A stretch of 64,000 nt of DNA from Candidatus Latescibacterota bacterium (GTDB lineage: Bacteria; Latescibacterota; UBA2968; UBA8231): positions 1,280,001 through 1,344,000 of the forward strand of contig OZ252098.1 of assembly GCA_965248355.1 (NCBI GenBank), written 5' to 3'. The position numbers and the translations under genes were made by a program. The stretch's first letter is position 1, and each line of letters opens with the position of its first letter. The notes under the pieces were generated by a model. That model was not told the origin of the DNA. It saw only the letters and a program-made list of their open reading frames with translations, and ran no database searches. Shown one piece after another: positions 19,482 through 28,391 of the stretch.

Positions 19482-20788
19482 GGAGGGTCCTTTTGGAGAT
19501 CGATCCGGGCTCCCAGGTCGATCAGGTCGTGGAAGAAGTCGGGATAGGACTTGCCCACGGTCTGGGCGTCGAGCACCACCACCCCCTCGCGGCTGCGCAG
19601 GCCCATGACGGCGAGCATCTGCGCCACCCGGTGGTCCTGGTAGGTGCCGGCCTCGTGGCCCCCGGCGTAACCCTCCGGCCGACCGCGCACGACGATGGCC
19701 GCTCGCTCCTCGTCGCAGTCGACGCCGAATCGGCGCAGCTCCCGCACGGGGACCGCGATCCGGTCGCACTCCTTGAGCCGCAGGTTGCCGATGCCGTGAA
19801 ACCGGCTGATGCCCCGGGCGTGGGCCGCCACCGGCAGCATGGCCAGCACGGCATCGGTGGCGCGATCGCCGTCGAAGTCGGCGCCTCGAAGCCCGTCGTG
19901 GCCTTCGAGGCAGACCCGCTCGCCATCGTGAGAGATCCCGGCCCCGGCCCGCGCCAGCCAGTCGACGACGGCGCGCTCGCCCTGGAGGTCCGCGAACAGC
20001 CGGTCGACGGTGATGGCGCTGTTGGTCAGCGCTCCCGCCGCCAGGATCGCCGCCGACGAGGGGTAGTCGCCGTTGACCGAGTACTCGCGCGGCTGGTAGC
20101 TCTGTCCGCCGACGACCCGGAAGCCCAGCAGGTCCTCAGCGGCCTCCACCTCGATCCCGGCACGGCCCAGGACCTCGAGAGTCACGCGCACCAGCGGCCT
20201 GGAGACCAGCCCGTCCGTGACCTCGATGGCCACGTCCTCGCCGACCAGTGGGGCCAGGAACAGCAGCGAGCTCAGGTACTGGGAGCTGCGGGCGCCGCTG
20301 ACCCGCACGGAGCCGCCGCGGAGGGCGCCCCCCCGGATCGTCGCCGGCAGCCGGCCGTCGAGCGCCTCCACCCGGGCTCCGAGCTGCTCGAGTCCGGCGA
20401 ACAACTCGTCGTGGGGCCGGGTGCCCAGGGAATCCGGGAAGGATGTCTCGAAGCGCACCTCCGGAAGCAGCGCGCCGACCCCCATGAGCAGGCGGGAAAC
20501 GGCTCCGGCGTTGCCCACGTCCAGCACCCCGGGACTCGCCGGGCGGGCGCCGAAGCCGCGCACCTGCAGGTGGCGCCCGCCGGCATCCACCTGCTCGCGG
20601 ATCCCGGCGCCGAGCTGGCGCAGGCAGCGCACGAGGACGGCGGCGTCCTCGGAGCGGGCCGGGTGACGGACCAGGCTGTCGCCCTCCGCCAGCGCCGCCG
20701 CCAGCAGATAGCGGGCCGTGTAGTTCTTCGAAGAAGGCGGGCTGAGGGTCCCGCCGAGGGACTCGGTGTAGTGGATCCTCGCTCTCAT
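19478..20788 (-). CDS. aroA: 3-phosphoshikimate 1-carboxyvinyltransferase (EPSP synthase)
   Basis: PSSKNY, GNAGAVSR, SSQYLSSLL, LRLKECDRI, DHRVA, KSYPDF. Confidence 0.88.
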   Translation of the reverse strand: MRARIHYTESLGGTLSPPSSKNYTARYLLAAALAEGDSLVRHPARSEDAAVLVRCLRQLGAGIREQVDAGGRHLQVRGFGARPASPGVLDVGNAGAVSRLLMGVGALLPEVRFETSFPDSLGTRPHDELFAGLEQLGARVEALDGRLPATIRGGALRGGSVRVSGARSSQYLSSLLFLAPLVGEDVAIEVTDGLVSRPLVRVTLEVLGRAGIEVEAAEDLLGFRVVGGQSYQPREYSVNGDYPSSAAILAAGALTNSAITVDRLFADLQGERAVVDWLARAGAGISHDGERVCLEGHDGLRGADFDGDRATDAVLAMLPVAAHARGISRFHGIGNLRLKECDRIAVPVRELRRFGVDCDEERAAIVVRGRPEGYAGGHEAGTYQDHRVAQMLAVMGLRSREGVVVLDAQTVGKSYPDFFHDLIDLGARIDLQKDPP

Positions 20789-20795
20789 CGAGGGA

Positions 20796-21821
20796 TCAGA
20801 ACACTCCCGTCCGCGATTCGTACCGCGTCGGTTTCCCGTGGCTCACGCCGCCGATCTCGACCCAGTGGGCCATCCACTCGACGACCGTGTCGATGGAAGT
20901 CTCGGGAGGCCCCAGCCGCTCCCTGAGGGCGGAGCTGTCGCCGAGGAGGGCGGTCTCCCCCTCCTGCCCCACAAACCGCGGCTTCCGGCCGAACAACTCG
21001 CCGAAGCGCTGCGCCAGACGGCGCACCGAGAGCACCTCCGATCCGGTCACGTTCAACGTCGCGGGGGGGTTCGTGCACAGGGAGAAGGACCGGGCCAGAT
21101 AGGCGTTGGCGTCGCCCTGCCAGATCTGGTTCACATGTCCCATGGCCAGCTCCACCGGTTCCCCGGACCACACCTTCCAGGCGATGTCGTGGAGTATGCC
21201 GTAGCGCAGCTCGGTGGCGTAGAACAGACGCGCGGTGAGCAGACGGGCTCCCGAGGTCCTCGTCGCGTACTCGGCGAGACGCTCGCCGCCGAGGCGGGAC
21301 AGGGCGTACTCCCCGACCGGCTCGACGGGGTCCGACTCCGAGGCGCCGGGGCCGTGGACGGAGGTGAAGGCGTAGACGTTCCCGGAGCTGACATAGCAGA
21401 TCTCGGCCTCGCCATAGCGCTCGACGGCGCGGGCGGGCAGGAGCCCGTTCACCGCCCAGGTGGCCCAGGGATCCCCGCTGGCGCCGAACTTGAAGCCCGC
21501 CAGGAGGAAGACGTGGGCCGCCTCGGGCAGCGTGGCCAGGGCTCCGTCGTCGAGGAGATCGGCGCGGATGGTGGTGACGCCCAGGTCGTCGAGACGGGCA
21601 CGCGCGGCGGCGGCGGAGAAGCGGGCCACGCCGATGACCCTGCGACCCCTTTCGGTGGCTCCCGCGCGGACGAGCAACTCCGCCAGGGTGGGTCCCATCT
21701 TGCCGCCGACGCCGAGGAGGATCACGTCGCCGCCGTACCGCGACACGGCGTCGCGCACCGCCGGCGTGGGCCGGGTCATGGCCTGGATCAGTTCCTCCTC
21801 GGTATGCGGCGGGTGTGCCAT
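20796..21821 (-). CDS. NAD-dependent epimerase/dehydratase family protein
   Basis: LGVGGKMG, FKFG, SSGNVY, GEYALS, ELRYG, NQIWQGDA. Confidence 0.85.
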   Translation of the reverse strand: MAHPPHTEEELIQAMTRPTPAVRDAVSRYGGDVILLGVGGKMGPTLAELLVRAGATERGRRVIGVARFSAAAARARLDDLGVTTIRADLLDDGALATLPEAAHVFLLAGFKFGASGDPWATWAVNGLLPARAVERYGEAEICYVSSGNVYAFTSVHGPGASESDPVEPVGEYALSRLGGERLAEYATRTSGARLLTARLFYATELRYGILHDIAWKVWSGEPVELAMGHVNQIWQGDANAYLARSFSLCTNPPATLNVTGSEVLSVRRLAQRFGELFGRKPRFVGQEGETALLGDSSALRERLGPPETSIDTVVEWMAHWVEIGGVSHGKPTRYESRTGVF

Positions 21822-21904
21822 CCCCTTGCAGCCCTTCGCGTTGTGAGTCCCTTCCGAGCCTTCTATCTTACGGCCCCCCGCCAATGCGGTCGAGAGACTC
21901 CCCT

Positions 21905-24175
21905 ATGTCGGATCCCCAACGAAAGCCGCCGTCACGCAAGTCCCTCGATCTGTTCGAGGCGGGCCGGCGGGATGCCCTCGAGCGCGATCAGCCCCTGGCG
22001 GCGCGCCTGCGTCCGCGCACGCTCGACGAGTTCGTGGGCCAGAACCACATCCTGGGGCCCGGCCGCCTCCTGAGGCGCGCCATCCAGGCCGACCAGCTCT
22101 CCTCCCTGATCTTCCACGGGCCTCCCGGTACCGGCAAGACGACGCTCGCCCACGTCATCGCCCACACGACGAAGTCCCACTTCATCTCCATCAACGCCGT
22201 CCTCTCCGGGGTCGCCGACATCCGCCGCGCCGTGGAGGAGGCCCAGGAACGGCGCCAGCTCCACGGCCACAGGACGACCTTGTTCATCGACGAGGTCCAC
22301 CGGTTCAACAAGGCGCAGCAGGACGCGCTGCTGCCCTGGGTCGAGAACGGCACGGTCGTGCTGATCGGGGCGACGACGGAGAACCCGTACTTCTCGGTCA
22401 ACCGGCCCCTCGTGTCGCGCAGCCGCCTCTTCCAGCTCCGCGAGCTCGAGGCCGGGGACCTGCGCCGCATCGCCCACCAGGCCCTTGACGACCCCCGGGG
22501 ATACGCCGACCGCCAGGTGAATCTCCACGAGGATGCTCTGGCCCACCTCGTCGATGTCTGCAGCGGCGACGGCCGGACCCTGCTCAACGCCCTCGAGCTG
22601 GCGGTGGAGACGACCCCGAAGGACGCAGCCGGGGTGATCCACATCGACCTGGCGGTCGCCGAGGAATCGATCCAGCAGCGGGCCGTCCTCTACGACAAGG
22701 AGGGGGACTACCACTTCGATACGATCTCGGCCCTGATCAAGTCCCTGCGCGGATCCGATCCCGACGCCGCCGTGTACTGGCTGGCGCGGATGGTCTACGC
22801 CGGCGAGGATCCCCAGTTCCTGTTCCGGCGCATGCTGGTCTTCGCCAGCGAGGACGTGGGCCTGGCGGACCCCGAAGCCCTGCGGGTGGTCAACACCGCG
22901 GCCCAGGCCTTCGACCGGGTCGGCCTGCCCGAGGGCCGGTTCCACCTCGCCCAGGCCGCCCTCTACCTGGCGACGGCTCCGAAGAGCAACTCCACCTTCG
23001 CCTTCTTCGACGCCCTGGCCGCCGTCGAGGCCGAGGGTGACGGCGAGGTTCCGAACCCGCTGAAGGACGCCAACCGGGACGCGGAGGGGTTCGGACACGG
23101 GGCCGGCTACCTGTATCCCCACGCCTACCGCGACCACTGGGTGGCGCAGCAGTACCTGCCCGACAGCCTCAGCGGGCGCCTGTTCTACCAGCCTTCCGAT
23201 CAGGGGTTCGAAGGCGCCCTCGGCGATCGCGTCCGCCGCCACCGCGAGCTGCAACTGGCCGCGGCGGCGGAGGCCGACACCAGCGGTCTCGAGCCCCTCA
23301 CCCACTCCCCCGGGGAACGGACCCGCGACCAGTGGCTCGTGCGCGCCGCCGGGGAGGTCAGCGCCCAGCTGGGCCATGTGCGAGAGCGGCTCTTCGCCGC
23401 GGTGAAGCTCGCGCGCCATCACGTCGTCCTGGACCTGGATGCGGCCTCGGGGCTGCTGACCTGGGAGGCCTTGCGCCGAGTCCCGGAGGGCGGCGTCTGG
23501 TCCCTGTGCACGGACCGCACATCGACCGTCGCCCTGCGGGAGATGGCAAGCCATTCCCTCGACGAGTTGAACCGCCCCGTGGTCATGGAAGGTCCCGTCA
23601 CCCGGGTGGCGGAGCTGGTGCGGCTGCAGGACGAGGACCTGCGCTTCGATGCCGTCGTCGGCCGCAATTCCCTCGGGAGTCTGGCCGACCGGGAGCCGGC
23701 GGCGCGGCGGGTCGTGGAGCTCCTCGCTCCGGGGGCGGTCCTCAGCCTTGCGGAGACGGTCCCCCGCCTCGGCCAGCGGCTGACGGCTCTGGTGCCGCTG
23801 ACGGATCTCGGCGAGGAGCTGGCCGGGCGCCTCCTCCGCGCCGAGGAGGAGATCTACCAGGACGAGCAGAATCCCCGCGTCGCCTGGGAAGCGGCCGACC
23901 TGCAGCGACTGTGGTCGGAGGCCGGACTGACCTCGGTGCGAGTCGAGACCGAGGTGCTCACCGCCTCGCGGCGTCTCGTCAGCCGGGACCTCGGAAGGTG
24001 GTTCAACCCGGGAGGGGAGAAGCACGGCACCTTCGCCGCCTACCTGCGCCGTCACCTCGCCGACGGCGAGGTCCGCCACGTGCGGCGACTCTTCGAGGAG
24101 AGGCTGATGAACCGGGAGGTCGACTGGGCGACGACCTACGCCTACGTCACCGGCCGGGCCCGCGGGGAGCCCTGA
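21905..24175 (+). CDS. rarA: Replication-associated recombination ATPase RarA/MgsA with C-terminal methyltransferase-like domain
   Basis: PLAARLRP, GPPGTGKTT, FIDEVHRFNK, ATTENP, KSLRGSDPDAA, ASEDVGLADP; extra C-terminal domain with VLDLDAASG. Confidence 0.9.
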   Translation: MSDPQRKPPSRKSLDLFEAGRRDALERDQPLAARLRPRTLDEFVGQNHILGPGRLLRRAIQADQLSSLIFHGPPGTGKTTLAHVIAHTTKSHFISINAVLSGVADIRRAVEEAQERRQLHGHRTTLFIDEVHRFNKAQQDALLPWVENGTVVLIGATTENPYFSVNRPLVSRSRLFQLRELEAGDLRRIAHQALDDPRGYADRQVNLHEDALAHLVDVCSGDGRTLLNALELAVETTPKDAAGVIHIDLAVAEESIQQRAVLYDKEGDYHFDTISALIKSLRGSDPDAAVYWLARMVYAGEDPQFLFRRMLVFASEDVGLADPEALRVVNTAAQAFDRVGLPEGRFHLAQAALYLATAPKSNSTFAFFDALAAVEAEGDGEVPNPLKDANRDAEGFGHGAGYLYPHAYRDHWVAQQYLPDSLSGRLFYQPSDQGFEGALGDRVRRHRELQLAAAAEADTSGLEPLTHSPGERTRDQWLVRAAGEVSAQLGHVRERLFAAVKLARHHVVLDLDAASGLLTWEALRRVPEGGVWSLCTDRTSTVALREMASHSLDELNRPVVMEGPVTRVAELVRLQDEDLRFDAVVGRNSLGSLADREPAARRVVELLAPGAVLSLAETVPRLGQRLTALVPLTDLGEELAGRLLRAEEEIYQDEQNPRVAWEAADLQRLWSEAGLTSVRVETEVLTASRRLVSRDLGRWFNPGGEKHGTFAAYLRRHLADGEVRHVRRLFEERLMNREVDWATTYAYVTGRARGEP

Positions 24176-24772
24176 TCACAGGCCGCCGGCGCCGAGGCCA
24201 TCCCCCTCCTGCACCTTGTCGAGCAGCGCCCCGGCCTCCTGCCGCAGGCCGTCGAAGCGCCGCAGGAGGTCGCCCGCGCCGCCGCCCTGCTGATCGAAGA
24301 ACTCCAGGAAGTGATCGGGCAGCACGGGCAGCACCTCCTCCAGCAGCACGTAGACCAATGGAGCCGTGCGGATCCCGGCCAACCAGGCCGCGCCTTCCGG
24401 CAGATAGCGGCCCACGAGCAGCACCACCACCATCAGCACCTGGACGCCGACCAGCACCCCCAGCAGGGCGCCCAGCAGACGGTCGACCACGCCCAGGAAA
24501 AGGCCGTAGACGGCGCTCCGCAGGACCCGGGCGAGCAGGTTGACGGACAGGGCGACGGCCACGAAGACGACGGTGAAAGCGGCCACCAGGCGCAGCACAG
24601 GATGCCCGAAGGAAGGCATCAAGGCGGCCGCGGCGCTGTGCAGGTAGAGACCCCCTACCAGCCCCAGGGCGACCGCCAGGAGGGCCGAAACCTGCTGGAT
24701 CAGGCCGCGCCCGTACCCGCGTACGGCCAGGGCGATGAGAAGGAGCGCTGCGACTGCGTCGAACCAGTGCAT
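24176..24772 (-). CDS. cvpA: CvpA (colicin V production) family membrane protein
   Basis: MHWFD...GYGRGL and DRLLGALLG motifs; about four hydrophobic segments. Confidence 0.85.
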   Translation of the reverse strand: MHWFDAVAALLLIALAVRGYGRGLIQQVSALLAVALGLVGGLYLHSAAAALMPSFGHPVLRLVAAFTVVFVAVALSVNLLARVLRSAVYGLFLGVVDRLLGALLGVLVGVQVLMVVVLLVGRYLPEGAAWLAGIRTAPLVYVLLEEVLPVLPDHFLEFFDQQGGGAGDLLRRFDGLRQEAGALLDKVQEGDGLGAGGL

Positions 24773-24846
24773 CCGTCGAGTACCCCCGGCCCCGTGGGTA
24801 GGGGAAGGTTGCCACCTCCAGCCGGGGCGCAATAGATTAGCCGCCC

Positions 24847-26115
24847 ATGCCGATTGCCATCAACAAGGTACGCTTCAACATAGGCTCCCCGCATCGCTTC
24901 GGCGCAAAGGCCTGGAGCCGGGGGCTGTTCTGGGTTGTCCCCGCCGCCCTGTGCGCCTGTTCGACAACGGAGGAGCAGGTTCGCCAGCACATCGAGGTCG
25001 CCGCCGCCAACGAGGTCCACTCGGAACGCTGGACCGCGGCCGTCGACGAGCTCGCCGCCATCGGCCGTCCCGGCGCGCGCCAGCTTCTGGCTCTCCTCGA
25101 TCCGGCGCTCTACCGCGGCGTCGACTACCGCGAGTTCCGGGACGAGATCGAGAACACGCGCACCGCGGCCGCCGTGGTGCTGGGCCGGATCCGGCACAAG
25201 GCGGCCTCGGCCAGCATGCACGCCCGGATCACCACCGCCTACCGCCACAACGAGCGCGTCGCCTGCCTGCGCGGGGTCGGCGACCTGGGCTTCACGGAAG
25301 CGGCGGTGACGAACCTCAAGGCGCAGCTGGCCGACGCCGATCCCGTGATCCGGCTGCTGGCCGCCGTGGCCCTGGTCAAGATCGGCGAGATGTCGGCCCG
25401 GGACCCGATCGTCGCCGCCGTCGTCGACGGGGGCGACGAACTCGCGGAGATGGCGATCGAGGAGCTCGAGGGCGCCAACTACCACGGGGTGCCCATCCTC
25501 GTCGATCTGCTGGCGCGGCAGGAGGGCCGCCGCGAACGGCTCTCACGGGCCCTGGGAATGATCAGGGAGCAACTGGTGCGGCAGCTCGATGACGACGACC
25601 CGGAGATACGCCGGGAATCGGCGGCCGGCCTGGGAGAAATCGCCGATCCCATGGTCGTCGAGCCCCTGCTTCGCATGCTGGAGGACCCCAGCAACCTGGT
25701 GCGCTTCAACGCCGCCGCCGCCCTGGTGCGGCTCGGCGACCGGCGCGGCACGGAATTCCTCTTCGGCGCCCTGGACCATACCGATGCGGTCCTGCGTCTG
25801 AACGCCATCAAGTCCCTGGTCCGCCTGCAGCAGGTGTCCCGCCAGGTCGAGGGCCGCCTCCTGGAGTGCCTGCGGTCGGACAGCCCGCGGCTCCGTTCCG
25901 GGGCGGCGCAGATCCTCGGCCAGGCGAAGGTGGCCTCGGCCGTGGACGAACTGCTGTCGACGGCGGACGACGCCAACCCCGAGGTGCGCTGCAACGTGGT
26001 CGTCGCCCTCGGTCACATCGCTGCGCCGGCCAGCCGCGCCACCCTGGAACGGCTGGCGGGGGACGCGGACGAGACCGTCGCCTACTACGCCGGGTGGGCC
26101 CTGGAGCAGCTCTGA
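24847..26115 (+). CDS. HEAT-repeat (lipo)protein
   Basis: Repeated D.DP.VR..AA..LG units; lipobox-like ALCAC. Start uncertain. Confidence 0.8.
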   Translation: MPIAINKVRFNIGSPHRFGAKAWSRGLFWVVPAALCACSTTEEQVRQHIEVAAANEVHSERWTAAVDELAAIGRPGARQLLALLDPALYRGVDYREFRDEIENTRTAAAVVLGRIRHKAASASMHARITTAYRHNERVACLRGVGDLGFTEAAVTNLKAQLADADPVIRLLAAVALVKIGEMSARDPIVAAVVDGGDELAEMAIEELEGANYHGVPILVDLLARQEGRRERLSRALGMIREQLVRQLDDDDPEIRRESAAGLGEIADPMVVEPLLRMLEDPSNLVRFNAAAALVRLGDRRGTEFLFGALDHTDAVLRLNAIKSLVRLQQVSRQVEGRLLECLRSDSPRLRSGAAQILGQAKVASAVDELLSTADDANPEVRCNVVVALGHIAAPASRATLERLAGDADETVAYYAGWALEQL

Positions 26116-27092
26116 TGCGACGGCGCTGGTGGAAGATCCTCCTGCGGTCCCCCGCCGCCCTGCTGGCCCTCTCCGTGCCGGCTACCGTGGCCCCCCTCCC
26201 CGCGTCGGAGACGGCGGAGACGGTGCTCATCCGCCAGATCCTGGAGAAGGACCGCTTCGGCCGCCGTCGAGGCGACGCCGAGAGCGTCACCCACGGGTAC
26301 GACAGGGACCGCTTCGTCGTCTATGACGGCGCCGGGTCGATCGATGCCCGCGCCTGGACCGTCCGCTACTCCTCGCTGGACGAGTACCAGGCCTTTCTCG
26401 AAGCGGACCTGGCGGCGAACCGATACGACATCTCCCGGGCTGTCCTCTACCTCAACGTCTGGAAGAACCAGGCCTACGCCACAACCCTCGACTCCGGAAT
26501 GGTCATCGACCGCGCCGGCGACAGCCGGCGCGACTTCGTCCAGCGCACCCTGTGGGCCTTCCGCAAGGAAGACGAGGAGTGGAGGGCTACGAGCCTCGTC
26601 GTCGCCATCGGCGACAGTGCCGACGGAGGCGCCGCCGCCGGCCGTGTGGAGGATCGGGACGTGGCCGCCGCCCTGCAGGAGGACGCCCGGAACTGGTCCG
26701 AGGGCGGCCCTGGAGACATTCTTCGCGGGGTGGAGGAGGACTTCGTCGGAATCGACTGCTATGGCAGCTCGAACGCGGCCGCCTGGCTCACCGTGTTCGC
26801 CGACCGCGACGAGTTCGCCAAGTGGCTGGAGCAGCGCCTCGAGAACGTGGACTACCACGTGGAGCGCACCCTGCTCCACGCCGTCAGTCGGGGGGACGAG
26901 GCCGTGGCCGTGACCCGCGATCGGATCACGGCGACCTACCGGGCCGGGGAGGCCCGCATCGAGCAGGACCGGGTCTGCGCCTGGTTGCTGACGCGCACCG
27001 ACGGGCGCTGGCGGATCACCTCCGCCTGGTGGAAGGCCAAGCCCTTCGGTCCGGCCGGCGGTCCCGGAGGGGACGCCACGGCCCAGCGCTGA
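26115..27092 (+). CDS. Secreted protein with two NTF2/SnoaL-like domains
   Basis: Signal-peptide-like N-terminus; two similar halves ending in FRKEDEEWR and LTRTDGRWRI; ATG overlaps the upstream TGA. Confidence 0.65.
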   Translation: MRRRWWKILLRSPAALLALSVPATVAPLPASETAETVLIRQILEKDRFGRRRGDAESVTHGYDRDRFVVYDGAGSIDARAWTVRYSSLDEYQAFLEADLAANRYDISRAVLYLNVWKNQAYATTLDSGMVIDRAGDSRRDFVQRTLWAFRKEDEEWRATSLVVAIGDSADGGAAAGRVEDRDVAAALQEDARNWSEGGPGDILRGVEEDFVGIDCYGSSNAAAWLTVFADRDEFAKWLEQRLENVDYHVERTLLHAVSRGDEAVAVTRDRITATYRAGEARIEQDRVCAWLLTRTDGRWRITSAWWKAKPFGPAGGPGGDATAQR

Positions 27093-27127
27093 CCCTTCCG
27101 GTCATCCCGCTCCGCCGGAGCCCCCCG

Positions 27128-28372
27128 GTGTCCGACCGCATCAACAACTACGAGAACACGAACCGCCTGTTTGACAAGGGCGCCGACGCCGTCGGCCTGG
27201 ACGACGATCTCCGCCTGCTGCTGAAGACGCCCTTTCGCGAGGTGAAGGTCGAGGTGCCGGTGCGCATGTCGAACGGGCGGATCGAGGTCTTCCTGGGCTA
27301 CCGCGTGCAGCACAGCGGCGCCCGCGGGCCGATGAAGGGCGGCCTGCGCTACCACCCCGAGGTCGACCTCGACGAGGTCCGGTCCCTGGCCTCGCTGATG
27401 ACCTGGAAGACGGCCCTCCTGGACCTGCCCTTCGGCGGCGCCAAGGGCGGGATCACTTGCGATCCTCTGCAGATGAACGAAGACGAACTCGAACACATGA
27501 CGCGACGGTTCACGTCGCGCATGGGACTTGCCTGGGGACTGCACCGGGACATCCCCGCGCCGGACCTGAACACCGACCAGCGCGTGATGGCCTGGATCAT
27601 GGACGAGTACAGCCAGCACTACGGGTACACCCCCGGGATCGTCACCGGCAAGCCGCTGGCCCTCGGCGGCTCCCCCGGCCGGGAGGCGGCCACCGGACGA
27701 GGCGTCAGCATCGCCACGCGGGAGGCGGCCCGGGACTTCCGGATCGAGCTGAAGGGCGCGCGGGTGGCCATCCAGGGGTTCGGGAACGTCGGCTCCCACG
27801 CCGCCAGGTTCCTGCACGAGATGGGCGCCCGGATCGTCGCCGTGAGCGACCTCGGGGGCGGTCTCTTCGCCGGCGATGGCCTCCCCGTCCCCGACCTCTT
27901 CGACCATGCCCGCGAGCACCGCACGATCCAGGGCTTCGCCCGGGGGGAGAGCATCTCGAACGCGGACCTGCTCACCCTCGATTGCGACATCCTGATCCCC
28001 GCCGCCCTCGGCGGCGCCATCACCCGGGAGAATGCCCGCCAGGTCCAGGCCTCGATGGTCGTGGAGGCGGCCAACTCGCCGGTGACGACCGCCGCAGACT
28101 CGATCCTCGAAGAACGGGGAATCCACGTCGTTCCAGACATCCTGGCCAACGCCGGCGGGGTCACCGTCTCGTACTTCGAGTGGGTGCAGAACATTCAGGC
28201 CCTGGCCTGGGAGGAAGCGGAGGTCAACGCGCGGCTCGAGCGCATGATGACCCGGGCCTACCGGAGCGTGGTGGAGCGCATGCGGTCCGGAGCCATCCCC
28301 ATGCGCACAGCCGCCTTCGCCCTGGCCATCGAGCGCGTAGCCGAGACGGAAACTCTCAGAGGCGGATTCTAA
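27128..28372 (+). CDS. gdhA: Glutamate dehydrogenase (Glu/Leu/Phe/Val dehydrogenase)
   Basis: GYRVQH, GPMKGGLRYH, MTWK, GGAKGG, DIPAPD, QGFGNVG, ANAGGVTVSYFEW; GTG start after GGAG. Confidence 0.93.
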   Translation: MSDRINNYENTNRLFDKGADAVGLDDDLRLLLKTPFREVKVEVPVRMSNGRIEVFLGYRVQHSGARGPMKGGLRYHPEVDLDEVRSLASLMTWKTALLDLPFGGAKGGITCDPLQMNEDELEHMTRRFTSRMGLAWGLHRDIPAPDLNTDQRVMAWIMDEYSQHYGYTPGIVTGKPLALGGSPGREAATGRGVSIATREAARDFRIELKGARVAIQGFGNVGSHAARFLHEMGARIVAVSDLGGGLFAGDGLPVPDLFDHAREHRTIQGFARGESISNADLLTLDCDILIPAALGGAITRENARQVQASMVVEAANSPVTTAADSILEERGIHVVPDILANAGGVTVSYFEWVQNIQALAWEEAEVNARLERMMTRAYRSVVERMRSGAIPMRTAAFALAIERVAETETLRGGF

Positions 28373-28391
28373 GCGGAAGGGCTGGCAGGCC

